Shown in pieces: positions 26,903-36,059 of a DNA stretch of 64,000 nt (its first letter is position 1; each line of letters starts with the position of its first letter). The translations under genes were made by a program, and so were the position numbers. The stretch comes from an uncultured Desulfocicer sp. (lineage in GTDB: Bacteria; Desulfobacterota; Desulfobacteria; Desulfobacterales; SURF-7): NCBI GenBank assembly GCA_964437395.1, contig CAYTGW010000001.1:4153-68152 (forward strand). The letters are read 5' to 3'. The notes beneath the pieces were generated by a model, which saw nothing but the letters and a program-made list of their open reading frames with translations, made no database searches and was not told the origin of the DNA.

Positions 26903-28162
26903 ATGAGCAAAATCAAATGCATTGAGATGTATCATGTCCGGATTCCGCTGGATAAACCATTTTATCCAAGTTGGATTCCAGGGTATCCATCAATCGATAA
27001 CCGTTTTGATCTGGTTCGTATCATCACCGACAGCGGTGTGGAAGGGTTTTCAGCAGGGCCGGCCATTGCAACAGAGAGAAAAGGCCTGGGCCATTTGATT
27101 GCACCCTATCTGATTGATTTGGATGCTACGGATATGAACCTGATCCAGCAGAGACTTCGCGAGGTTTCCTATCTGGGTGTCCGTGCCAACTGGATGGAGC
27201 CGGCATTCTGGGATATAAAAGGCAAACTGGAAAATAAACCTGTATTTGAACTTCTGGGGGGAAAGGCCGAGCCGGTTGCCCTGTATGCGTCAACCGGTGA
27301 GGTCAAATCACCGGAAGCACGGGTGGAAGAGGTTCAGCAGCGGTATGAAGAGGGGTTCCGGAGTGTAAAGATCCGGGTTCACGACTTTCAGATCGAGAAA
27401 GACATTCAGCAGGTGGAAGCAGTCGCAAAGGCCATGGGCGATAAGATGAAGATCGGCGTGGATGCCAATCAGGCCTGGCGCGTAACCATTGTGAGCGATG
27501 CGCCTTTGTGGGATCTTGCCCGCGCGAAAAAATTTGCAGATGCCTGCGCGGATTTAGGAGTCGCTTGGCTGGAAGAGCCGCTTCCCATGGATGCTTATGA
27601 AGACCAGATCGCCCTGAGCGCATATAGCAGGGTACCGATCAGTGGTGGGGAAATTCATACCAATGGTCTGCCGGAACTCAAGATGATGATCGAGCGCAGA
27701 TGCTATAACATTTTTCAGCCGGATGCCATCATGACCGGAGGTATTTCTCAGACCATGGAAGTGGCAAGGCTCTGCCGGGAACATAATCTTATCTATACTC
27801 CCCATACCTGGACAAACGGTATTGGTTTTGCCGTAAACCTGCAGATGATGCTTGCCAGCGGTTTCAAAGGTGTGAAACCCTTGGAGTATCCCTTGAATCC
27901 ACCGTCTTGGATTGTGGAAAAACGCGATGGTCTGCTTGTGGAGAAATTTCATCATGACCATGGCGTAATCCATCCTCCGATAAGGCCTGGGCTTGGATTT
28001 GAAATCGATTTTAAGGATTTGAAAAAATATGGGAAGCGGTTTTTCCGCATGGGAAGGCTCGGACTCAAGATCTATGCAGTCCGGGACAAGGGTTTGAAAA
28101 CAGCCCTGGAGATTGATCGCAACCGGAAACAATTCGGGGTTGGCGCAAAAAACAGGAAATAA
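26903..28162 (+). CDS. Enolase-superfamily enzyme (mandelate racemase / muconate lactonizing enzyme family)
   Basis: 419 aa. KIGVDANQAW, LEEPLP, ISGGE and FQPD metal-ligand/barrel motifs in family order. Confidence 0.85.
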   Translation: MSKIKCIEMYHVRIPLDKPFYPSWIPGYPSIDNRFDLVRIITDSGVEGFSAGPAIATERKGLGHLIAPYLIDLDATDMNLIQQRLREVSYLGVRANWMEPAFWDIKGKLENKPVFELLGGKAEPVALYASTGEVKSPEARVEEVQQRYEEGFRSVKIRVHDFQIEKDIQQVEAVAKAMGDKMKIGVDANQAWRVTIVSDAPLWDLARAKKFADACADLGVAWLEEPLPMDAYEDQIALSAYSRVPISGGEIHTNGLPELKMMIERRCYNIFQPDAIMTGGISQTMEVARLCREHNLIYTPHTWTNGIGFAVNLQMMLASGFKGVKPLEYPLNPPSWIVEKRDGLLVEKFHHDHGVIHPPIRPGLGFEIDFKDLKKYGKRFFRMGRLGLKIYAVRDKGLKTALEIDRNRKQFGVGAKNRK

Positions 28163-28362
28163 TTAAGGCCGCGTTTTTGTTCGGGCACTATCTATTACAT
28201 GCCTGTGACAGCACCTTTACAGCAAGATCAAAAGACATGGGTGTGGAACTTATGGAGATTTTTTCAATCCGGAAGGTTTGAAACTCCATATCATCCATGT
28301 TAGGGTGTGAGAGCGCAGATGCAGCAGTTGTGAACAGTTCCATCTGCTTATGGGACTGCCGG

Positions 28363-28548
28363 CTATTCTTTTTTTTCAACAAATGTACGCTCCTGCTTTT
28401 GAATCCTCTGATCCATTCCACTCCGCCTGCGCCAGTTGGTTCTTTTTTCTTCGCTGGGCAGCGCTGCCGGAACCTGGAACCGTCTGTCCTTTAACCGTCT
28501 TCTGCCGCCTCGATCATCCTTCTGCTGTCTGATGACTGATTGTTTCAT
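28363..28548 (-). CDS. Small, very basic Arg-rich protein (61 aa), function unknown
   Basis: ATG preceded by AGGAGG at a 5-nt spacing. Repeated R-rich segments (GGRRRLKDRR, WRRRSG). Confidence 0.4.
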   Translation of the reverse strand: MKQSVIRQQKDDRGGRRRLKDRRFQVPAALPSEEKRTNWRRRSGMDQRIQKQERTFVEKKE

Positions 28549-28769
28549 GCAACCCTCCTGGTTTTGGTTTGATTTCTGTTCCGGACCCGGGACTCAGATG
28601 GAGTGTGGAGGAAAAAACATGGAAAAAACAGAAATATCGTTTGTGCAGTCAGCGCAATATATGAGAATATCGTCCGGATCAAAATGATCTTGAGATATCT
28701 CATTCCGTATGTCAACAGGAAATGAGTGAACTTTCGAGGAATTGATTAAAAAAAGGAATTCATGAAAAA

Positions 28770-30005
28770 ATGACGGACACAACAGAACAGAAAAAAAACA
28801 AACCCATGCCTCTTTCCGGGATTAAGATTCTGGAATACGGTGTTTTTCATGCCGGCCCCGGCAGCACGGCGATTCTGGGAGATCTTGGTGCGGATATCAT
28901 TAAAATCGAATCCGGTTTCGGAGATCCGGAGCGGTACTGGACCAAAGTAGCGGAAATCGATATGGCCATGCCGAATGGTGAAAGCATCATGCATGAGGTT
29001 TCCAATCGAAACAAGAGAGGAATTTACCTGGATATAACAACCGAAAAGGGACGGGAGATTTTTCACCGGTTGATCCGGGAGTCCGATGTATTCCTGACAA
29101 ACCTTCGGAAAACAACCAAGAAAAAGCTGGGAATCGATTATGAAACCCTGTCAGCCGTCAATCCGAAAATTATCCATGCCAATGTTTCCGGATACGGGCC
29201 GGAAGGCCCCATGAGCAATATTGGCGCTTTTGATCCCTTGGGGCAGGCACGGTCCGGTCTGATGTTTGCGACCGGATCATCCGAGCCGACCATGCTGCAT
29301 CTGGGAGTCCTGGATCAATCCACGGCCATTGCCGCCAGCCATGCCATCCTGACCGCACTTCTGGTCAAAGAAAGACAAGGGATCGGCCAGGAGGTTCATA
29401 TTTCCCTTTACAGCACAGCTCTCTGGATGCAGCATCCTAACATGATGCTGTCTTCAGCCCTTTCCGTCAATCCTTGCGTAACAGGCGTCCGGACACATCA
29501 CTCTCCGCTTCGCAACCGTTTCCAGTGTAAGGACGGAAAATGGATTATCGGAACCCACCATCCAGAGGAAAAGTACTGGTCGGTTTTTTGCAAGGCCATG
29601 GGCAAGGAGATGCTTCTGAAAGACAGGAAATACACAAATGAAGCAGTCCGGCCTGTGACCAGTCCGGAGCTGATTGAGATGTTTGATGCTGCTTTTCTGG
29701 AAAAAACCCGGGATCAGTGGATGGAGGTGTTTCAGCCGCTGGGACTGATGTTCTGCCCGGTGCTGCATGTTACGGAAGTGGAACACGATCCCCAGGCGAT
29801 TGTCAACGGGTATGTGGTTCCCTATGAACATCGAAGTCTGGGGAAGATCAACATTCCGGGATATCCCATCCATTTCAGTGCAAACTATGCGGGAACAAGG
29901 TTTTCCGCTCCGGGAATCGGCGAGCATACCGGGGAAATCCTTGGAGAGATCGGATATGGTTCCGAGGAGATTGAGGCTTTGAAAAAACAGGGCGTTGTGA
30001 AATAG
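28770..30005 (+). CDS. Family III CoA-transferase (CaiB/BaiF type)
   Basis: 411 aa. N-terminal PLSGIKILEYGVFHAGPGSTAILGDLGADIIKIE and the family-typical length. Confidence 0.85.
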   Translation: MTDTTEQKKNKPMPLSGIKILEYGVFHAGPGSTAILGDLGADIIKIESGFGDPERYWTKVAEIDMAMPNGESIMHEVSNRNKRGIYLDITTEKGREIFHRLIRESDVFLTNLRKTTKKKLGIDYETLSAVNPKIIHANVSGYGPEGPMSNIGAFDPLGQARSGLMFATGSSEPTMLHLGVLDQSTAIAASHAILTALLVKERQGIGQEVHISLYSTALWMQHPNMMLSSALSVNPCVTGVRTHHSPLRNRFQCKDGKWIIGTHHPEEKYWSVFCKAMGKEMLLKDRKYTNEAVRPVTSPELIEMFDAAFLEKTRDQWMEVFQPLGLMFCPVLHVTEVEHDPQAIVNGYVVPYEHRSLGKINIPGYPIHFSANYAGTRFSAPGIGEHTGEILGEIGYGSEEIEALKKQGVVK

Positions 30006-30023
30006 AACCGGAGATTGATCTGT

Positions 30024-31319
30024 ATGACTTTTTTTGATCAGATACCGGCACTGATCCGTCTGTTCATGGTTTTTTCCATTGTGATTGTTTGTGTCCGGAA
30101 AAATCTTTCCCTTGGCCATGCCTTTTTTCTGGGCGCCATCTGCATGGGGGTGTTTTTTGGGTTGAGCCCCTTAGCCATGGGCAGATCCATGCTCTTGTCT
30201 ATCATATTTCCCCAGACCCTGGCCTTATCGGTAATCGTATCCCTGATTCTGGTCCTGAGCAATTCCATGGAGACCACCGGGCAGATGAAGAGGCTTCTTG
30301 CAAATTTCAAGGGGTTGATCCGTCATTCCAGATTGAATATTGTGGTTTTTCCAGCCCTGATCGGTCTGCTGCCCATGCCTGGCGGGGCCGTGTTTTCCGC
30401 TCCCATGGTTAAGGAGTTGGGTTCAAATTCGGATTATTCTGCGGCAAAACTCAGTTTTATCAACTACTGGTTCCGGCATATATGGGAGTACTGGTGGCCC
30501 TTGTATCCCGGTATCCTCCTAGTTACCGCACTTGCGAAAGGCACCAGCCTGATTTCCGTGATGCTCTATCAGGGGCCGTTAACCTTGTTCGTATTGTCTG
30601 TCGGATATTCTTATCTTACGGAAAAACCATCTTCCCGGACACCGGCATTGGCTGATCCGGAAAAACAAAGCATGATCCCGTTTTTAAAAGAACTCCTTCC
30701 CGTGATGATCGTGATTATTGCCGGGATCGGGATGGGCGCGGTGTTTTTCTGGCTATCTCCAGGCTGGGTTCTGGGAAAGGAAGCCGGACTGATCCTGGCA
30801 TTGTTTCTTTCGATCTATCTGGTCTGGCAATCCAATAGAATGGCGACCAAGGAGATTTCACACATTATTTTCAATCCCCAGACCCTGAAAATGGTATACA
30901 TGATTTTCAGCATCCTGGTGTTCAAAGGCATGCTGGAGGACAGCCATGCCGTAGAGGCGATTTCACGGGAACTGACCTTCCTGAAAATTCCTCTGATTCT
31001 CATCGTCGCCATTCTCCCGTTTCTGGTGGGACTGATTACAGGAATCACCATCGCGTTTGTAGGAAGTGCATTTCCCATCGTGATTCCATTGATCGCATCC
31101 CTGGATGCAGGGGCCAATATCTATCCATACATTATGCTGGCCATGGTTTTCGGATTCAGCGGCGTACTGCTATCCCCGGTGCACCTGTGCCTGATTCTTT
31201 CCAATCAGTATTTTGAATCATCCATGGAGTCGGTTTACAGGCATCTGTGGAAACCCTGTGTCTATCTGATGGCGGCTGGTTTTGGATATTTTTACCTGCT
31301 GCGGTTTTTGGCAATTTGA
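30024..31319 (+). CDS. Polytopic membrane protein, putative transporter (DUF401-like, tentative)
   Basis: 431 aa, at least 10 hydrophobic segments. I moved the start from the TTG at 30015 to the ATG at 30024, which follows GGAG. Confidence 0.6.
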   Translation: MTFFDQIPALIRLFMVFSIVIVCVRKNLSLGHAFFLGAICMGVFFGLSPLAMGRSMLLSIIFPQTLALSVIVSLILVLSNSMETTGQMKRLLANFKGLIRHSRLNIVVFPALIGLLPMPGGAVFSAPMVKELGSNSDYSAAKLSFINYWFRHIWEYWWPLYPGILLVTALAKGTSLISVMLYQGPLTLFVLSVGYSYLTEKPSSRTPALADPEKQSMIPFLKELLPVMIVIIAGIGMGAVFFWLSPGWVLGKEAGLILALFLSIYLVWQSNRMATKEISHIIFNPQTLKMVYMIFSILVFKGMLEDSHAVEAISRELTFLKIPLILIVAILPFLVGLITGITIAFVGSAFPIVIPLIASLDAGANIYPYIMLAMVFGFSGVLLSPVHLCLILSNQYFESSMESVYRHLWKPCVYLMAAGFGYFYLLRFLAI

Positions 31320-31371
31320 TTTTAATTGTTTACGTATTACTACTGTTTCAGATCAAGGAAGGAAAGAAGGC

Positions 31372-31905
31372 ATGACTTCATCCAAGCAGAAAAGCGGTTT
31401 CAGCCTGAATCCTCTCTGGCAGTTCATGAGAAAAACCTACGGCATGGAGGAGGCGTTTAAAAGTTTTGGTCCATATCAGGGCGCATCTATTTTCCCGAGG
31501 ATTGTGGATTCCAACACAGTGGAAGTCACCATGCCTCTGGTACCCCTGAACACCAATTATGTGGGCACCCATTTCGGCGGCTCCCTCTACTCTATGTGCG
31601 ATCCTTTTTTCATGTTCATCCTGATTGAAAACCTGGGAGAAGACTACCTGGTGTGGGACAAAAGCGCCCGGATTGAATTCCATAAGCCCGGAACCGGAAC
31701 CGTCCGGGCATTGTTTCATATCCCGGATTCGGAGATCGAGGAGATCCGGAGCATCATAAACCATAACCGGAAAGCCATCCGCAATTACGAGGTGAATATC
31801 CTGAATCAGGATAATGAAGTGATAGCGACTGTCTATAAGGAGTTATACATCCGTACCCAAACCAGCATGGGGAAACAGTGGCTCGAAAAGCAGGGTAGAA
31901 GATAG
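31372..31905 (+). CDS. Hot-dog-fold thioesterase-like protein (DUF4442/YiiD C-terminal-like, tentative)
   Basis: 177 aa starting at the ATG at 31372, after AAGGAAGGAAAGAAGG. This start removes the overlap with the upstream membrane gene. GTHFGGSLYSMCDPF resembles the family. Confidence 0.55.
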   Translation: MTSSKQKSGFSLNPLWQFMRKTYGMEEAFKSFGPYQGASIFPRIVDSNTVEVTMPLVPLNTNYVGTHFGGSLYSMCDPFFMFILIENLGEDYLVWDKSARIEFHKPGTGTVRALFHIPDSEIEEIRSIINHNRKAIRNYEVNILNQDNEVIATVYKELYIRTQTSMGKQWLEKQGRR

Positions 31906-31960
31906 GCAGGATGCCCTCCGAATTCGTGTCTCATCGAATTTGGGATGAAGTTTAAAAAAT

Positions 31961-32345
31961 TTAAAAAAACATTACATCGGACGAAGCAACTGCTTGGAAA
32001 TCTTTGTCCATGGTTATTATTTTCAAACCATGATGTTTGGCTATGGTGTATTGATAGGCGTCGTCAAAATCAAAATTTAAATCCTTTTTCGCCTGAGCTA
32101 CATGAAAAAGCATGGTTTGAGGCAATGAGAGGACTGGAGTAAAGGCGTTTGCAATAATATCGGCTACGAATCGTTTAAACAAATCTGTCTGGTCGTACCG
32201 AAACAGAATTACACCAAATAGAATGTAAGGTAAAATCAGAAATATTAATTTTACCTATATTGGCGGAAAGAAATTTTTTACAGAGTTCTTGTTTCTCTTG
32301 CTTTAAAAGAACCTCTATAAAGATGTTAGTGTCTACCAGATACAT
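31961..32345 (-). pseudogene. vapC: PIN-domain toxin gene, frameshifted
   Basis: The N-terminal frame gives MYLVDTNIFIEVLL..SDFTLHS. The C-terminal ORF (31961..32182) gives ..FDFDDAYQYTIAKHHGLKIITMDKDF. The frames join only by removing one base near the AAA run at 32216..32218. The span is 385 nt (3n+1). Confidence 0.7.
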
Positions 32346-32541
32346 TTAACGCCAGTTCAAGCTCTCATGTTGCAACTCAACTGAGGTATGTTTGTCTTTT
32401 AAATGAGCCAAACCGCCAGCCCAATCAAATTTTAAATGCTTCTTTTTTTTGGGGCGTCATTACCCGCAAAGACGCAATGTAGGCCTTAACCTTTTTAACG
32501 TCTTCTTCAGATAAGTCCCGAACATCAATTGTATCAACCAT
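32346..32541 (-). pseudogene. Cognate antitoxin gene, frameshifted in a homopolymer
   Basis: Frame 1 gives MVDTIDVRDLSEEDVKKVKAYIASLRVMTPQKK. A second frame gives ..KKHLKFDWAGGLAHLKDKHTSVELQHESLNWR, ending in a stop directly abutting the vapC ATG (TAAATG). The shift maps to the T8 run at 32443..32450. The span is 196 nt (3n+1). Confidence 0.55.
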
Positions 32542-33282
32542 TTTTCTATCTCTTAATTCTTGGATTATATGTTCACATAACAAATTTTTTATTAATTATA
32601 TCAGCAATGTATTGCATTTATATTGTAAAGTCAATCATTGAAATCTAAAATACATGAAACCATAAAAGCAATAATGGCTAAACACTTTGTTTTTGAACCC
32701 GACTGACTTTCTTTTCCAGTCGGACCAAGCCGGATACCCAATTGGCGCGGGCTTGTATAAAAAACAGGGCTGTTTTTCAGTCTTAAAACGATGTTTTTCG
32801 GCTCAAAAAGAGTGTTTTAAGGAGAACCAGGGAGGTTTGGTTGAATGGAATGGAAAGAGAACGAAGGGAAGGGAAAAATAGCTGGCTGTCCGGCAGCGCT
32901 GGTTACGGGAACCATGAATCCGGTCCGGGCGGAATTGATGAAATATAACCATGACCGATGAAATATAGTTGTTTATTATAAAAAATGATCCCTGAATCCA
33001 TGATATGGAGAAGAACTTCGGTCTGGCAAGTGTTTTGCGAATTCTGATTCATGATCCGGACAGCGTCGACAGGGACAGTCTGAAAAATGGTTATTATTTC
33101 AAGCATGTGTTATACACATTTTTCTGATTATATCTGAAATGCAAGGCCTGTTCCAGGAGGAGATTTTTTGGGAATCAACCTGGATATCTGACTTTTCTGC
33201 AGGTTGGTATGCATTTTGAAATTGCAGGATGAATCGCTATATTATAACTGCTTTCAGTGCCAATTCAACGTAAGGAGTTAAA

Positions 33283-34413
33283 ATGAATACCGGAATACAA
33301 TCTGCCTTCTGTCGTAAACTGTTGATTCTGATGGGGTTGATGTTATTGCTCATCCTGTTTCCCGGATGTGATGATGACAGCCAGCCTCCATCCGCAGAAC
33401 CCCAGAACACTTCAGCGGAAACGGAAAGTACGGACGAAGAAGCTGTTTCAGAAGATCCGGAATCCTCTTCGGAATCAGAGAGTGAGGAAACATCAAGCAC
33501 AGATGAGGCAGATGAATCAACCGAAACAGCGGAAGAGGATGACGCTCCTCCTCAGGGATCTTCAGATGTCAGCTATATAGCAGACCATACAGTTGCCAAA
33601 GAATCGGTTTTACGGAGCATCCCGGTGGAGGCAATCAATCGGGCCAGGACCAACCTTCATATCATGTATTGCGGAACATCGCACTCTTCCCAGACAACCG
33701 ATGGCATGGATGCCCTTCAGGATTATAAACCAGGGGATAATACGCTGTTTGCCGTAACCTTTAACGGGAATCCAGTCAACGGAAGCCTTGATATTCACTA
33801 TAGACCCACGGGATCGGTAAACGTATATTCCGCAAGCGATTTAAGTCATGACTCAACAGACAGCAATGGTCATACAAGCTATTTTCTTCGAACCGTTGAA
33901 TACTTGGATCATCCGGATTATCAGGACGTCAATGTGGTGATGTGGTCATGGTGCTCCATCGATGGGCATGATGTGGAGATCTATCTGGACAACTTTTCGG
34001 AATTGATTGAGATGTATAAGGCCGGCGGTTCCAAGGGCCGAACTTCGGACAATCCGGTGACCTTTGTGTTCATGACCGGATATGCAAGCGGCAGCAAGGG
34101 GGATACGCCGGAACCGCCCTATATCCGATCCCCGTATCAGAATCACAAACGAATCTTTGATTTCTGCACGGCCAATCAATATTTCTGTCTGGATTATTGG
34201 TCTCAGGATACTCATCACTATGAGACAGATGAATACTACCCGCTGGCACAGGGAAATGAGCCCACTCATCTGCTGGAATGGATGGATGATCATCCGGGAG
34301 AGTGGTATGAATGTAATCCTGCCCATGCATCGGACTATGACCTTCTGGGAAACCGCAGGGCATATGCAGCCTGGTGGCTCTGGGCCAGAATCGCCGGATG
34401 GGATGGCATCTAA
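33283..34413 (+). CDS. Secreted lipoprotein with an acidic low-complexity linker, function unknown
   Basis: 376 aa. Signal peptide ending in the lipobox LFPGC, then a D/E/S-rich tract (SESESEETSSTDEADESTETAEEDD), then a ~280-aa globular part. Confidence 0.6.
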   Translation: MNTGIQSAFCRKLLILMGLMLLLILFPGCDDDSQPPSAEPQNTSAETESTDEEAVSEDPESSSESESEETSSTDEADESTETAEEDDAPPQGSSDVSYIADHTVAKESVLRSIPVEAINRARTNLHIMYCGTSHSSQTTDGMDALQDYKPGDNTLFAVTFNGNPVNGSLDIHYRPTGSVNVYSASDLSHDSTDSNGHTSYFLRTVEYLDHPDYQDVNVVMWSWCSIDGHDVEIYLDNFSELIEMYKAGGSKGRTSDNPVTFVFMTGYASGSKGDTPEPPYIRSPYQNHKRIFDFCTANQYFCLDYWSQDTHHYETDEYYPLAQGNEPTHLLEWMDDHPGEWYECNPAHASDYDLLGNRRAYAAWWLWARIAGWDGI

Positions 34414-34559
34414 CAAGGCAGAACCATCAATTCAGGTTCGGATTCCCCTTTCATGCTTCTGCATTATCTGATATGAAAATGCAGCATAAGCGTTTTGACC
34501 AGGATTCATCTGTTTATGGTTTTCGATTTTGATCCAGAGTCAATTAGGGGAGGACAGGA

Positions 34560-36050
34560 ATGGTTGATTACGATGCCGTGGTTATCGGCGCCGGAAACGG
34601 CGGTCTTACCGCAGGTTTGACCCTGGCCAGGGCGGGTGTGAAAACCCTGATGCTGGAGCGTCACAATATACCGGGCGGGTGTGCGACCAGTTTTGTGAGA
34701 GGACGGTTTGAATTTGAGGTTGCCCTGCATCAGTTGAGCGGAATGGGGACGGAGAGTTTTCCCGGGCCGCTCCGTTCCATGCTGAACGATCTGGATGTGA
34801 TGAAGGATCTGGAATTTGTTCAGATGGAGAATCTGTACCGGGCCATTATACCCGGTCAGGTGGATGTGACCCTCAGGGCAGACCGCGGGGAAGCGATTCA
34901 GTCTTTGAAGGCCAAGTTTCCCCAGGAAACATCCGGTATTGACGGATTTTTCGATCTGGTCTGGACATTCTGCAATCAGTGGGTTCATGTGGCCATTATA
35001 CGCGACCCGGAAGCATCCCCGGAAAAGTATCCAATCTATTTTCAATATGCCTTAAAAGATACCCAGACGGTTTTGAATGCATTTTTCAAAAACCCTCTCC
35101 TGCAGTCAGCGGTCAGTATCTACTGGTCCTATATGGGAATGCCTCCATCCCGGCTTCCTTTTGGTGATTTTGCCGTTATTCTCTGGGCCTATACAGAGTT
35201 CAAACCCTATCATATCAAAGGCGGGTCCCAGGCTCTGTCCAGTACCCTTCTCAACGTATATATGAAAGCCGGCGGTGAAGTTCGATTCAATTGCGGGGTG
35301 CGAAAGATCCTTGTTGAGAACAACAGAATAAAAGGAGTGGTCACAGATCAGGGTGATGAGATCTCTGCACAACGGATTATTTCAAATGCAGGATCTTACA
35401 CAACCTATGTGGATCTGATTGACAGAGAACATGTGCCGGAAGAAAGATGGAGAGAGCTGGGTGCCCGGATGGTCGGAACATCCGCGGTTACGATTTTTTT
35501 GGGAATGGATGCGGAACCGGAAGATTTGGGAATCCGGGAAACAACCAACTTTATTACGGATACAACGGATAATGATCTCGCTTTTGCTACCTTTAAAACC
35601 CTGGATTCCCCCAAGGCCATGCTGTTTACCTGCTATGATGTGGATGATCCGGATTTTTCTCCCGAAGGGGCCTGCCAGGCTGCGATAGTCTCACTGGCCT
35701 ATTCCGAACCGTGGCTTTCCATTCCAACCACCCGGTATTTTGAAACCAAATACAGGTATGCTAAGGATATGCTGAATACTCTGTACAAGGTCTTTCCGGA
35801 TTGTAAAAATCATATTGAGGAGATGGATGTTGCCACACCCCTGACGCATATGCGTTATTTGGGACATCCAGGCGGAGCCATATATGGTTTTGAACAATCC
35901 GCCAAGGATTCGGAACTGTTTCTGGACAGTGCTTCTCCCATTGAGGGACTGTATCATGCAGGCGCCTTTGCCGGAATGGGAGGATTTCAACCAACCCTGA
36001 TGTCAGGCCAATCCGCTGCCAGAAAAGTGATCCGGGCATTGCAGAAATAA
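34560..36050 (+). CDS. FAD-dependent oxidoreductase of the phytoene desaturase (CrtI)-like family
   Basis: 496 aa. N-terminal DAVVIGAGNGGLTAGLTLARAGVKTLMLERHNIPGG. RBS AGGGGAGGA. Confidence 0.8.
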   Translation: MVDYDAVVIGAGNGGLTAGLTLARAGVKTLMLERHNIPGGCATSFVRGRFEFEVALHQLSGMGTESFPGPLRSMLNDLDVMKDLEFVQMENLYRAIIPGQVDVTLRADRGEAIQSLKAKFPQETSGIDGFFDLVWTFCNQWVHVAIIRDPEASPEKYPIYFQYALKDTQTVLNAFFKNPLLQSAVSIYWSYMGMPPSRLPFGDFAVILWAYTEFKPYHIKGGSQALSSTLLNVYMKAGGEVRFNCGVRKILVENNRIKGVVTDQGDEISAQRIISNAGSYTTYVDLIDREHVPEERWRELGARMVGTSAVTIFLGMDAEPEDLGIRETTNFITDTTDNDLAFATFKTLDSPKAMLFTCYDVDDPDFSPEGACQAAIVSLAYSEPWLSIPTTRYFETKYRYAKDMLNTLYKVFPDCKNHIEEMDVATPLTHMRYLGHPGGAIYGFEQSAKDSELFLDSASPIEGLYHAGAFAGMGGFQPTLMSGQSAARKVIRALQK

Positions 36051-36059
36051 GGGGAAATT

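Noticed and set aside
27554-28132. Long antisense or alternative-frame ORFs inside well-supported genes. Examples are 27554..28132, 44808..45623, 29454..30119, 39341..39967, 2978..3556, 34506..35045, 37532..38080, 12214..12687 and 40865..41416.
   Set aside because: They are shadow ORFs of GC-richer coding regions. They have biased, low-complexity or R/P/G-rich composition, no RBS, and overlap genes with clear family motifs.
28188-28421. The 77-aa minus-strand ORF partly overlapping the Arg-rich ORF region.
   Set aside because: It has no convincing RBS at either candidate ATG and no motif. It overlaps the better-supported small ORF's 3' end.
31282-31371. The upstream start at 31282 for the hot-dog protein, overlapping the transporter gene by 38 nt.
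   Set aside because: The ATG at 31372 has a purine-rich RBS and removes the overlap. The extension is Cys/Phe/Trp-rich and not protein-like.
32687-33106. ORFs 32687..32881 (+) and 32903..33106 (-) in the AT-rich gap.
   Set aside because: They have no RBS, odd composition and no recognisable motif. The region is better described as non-coding with hairpins.
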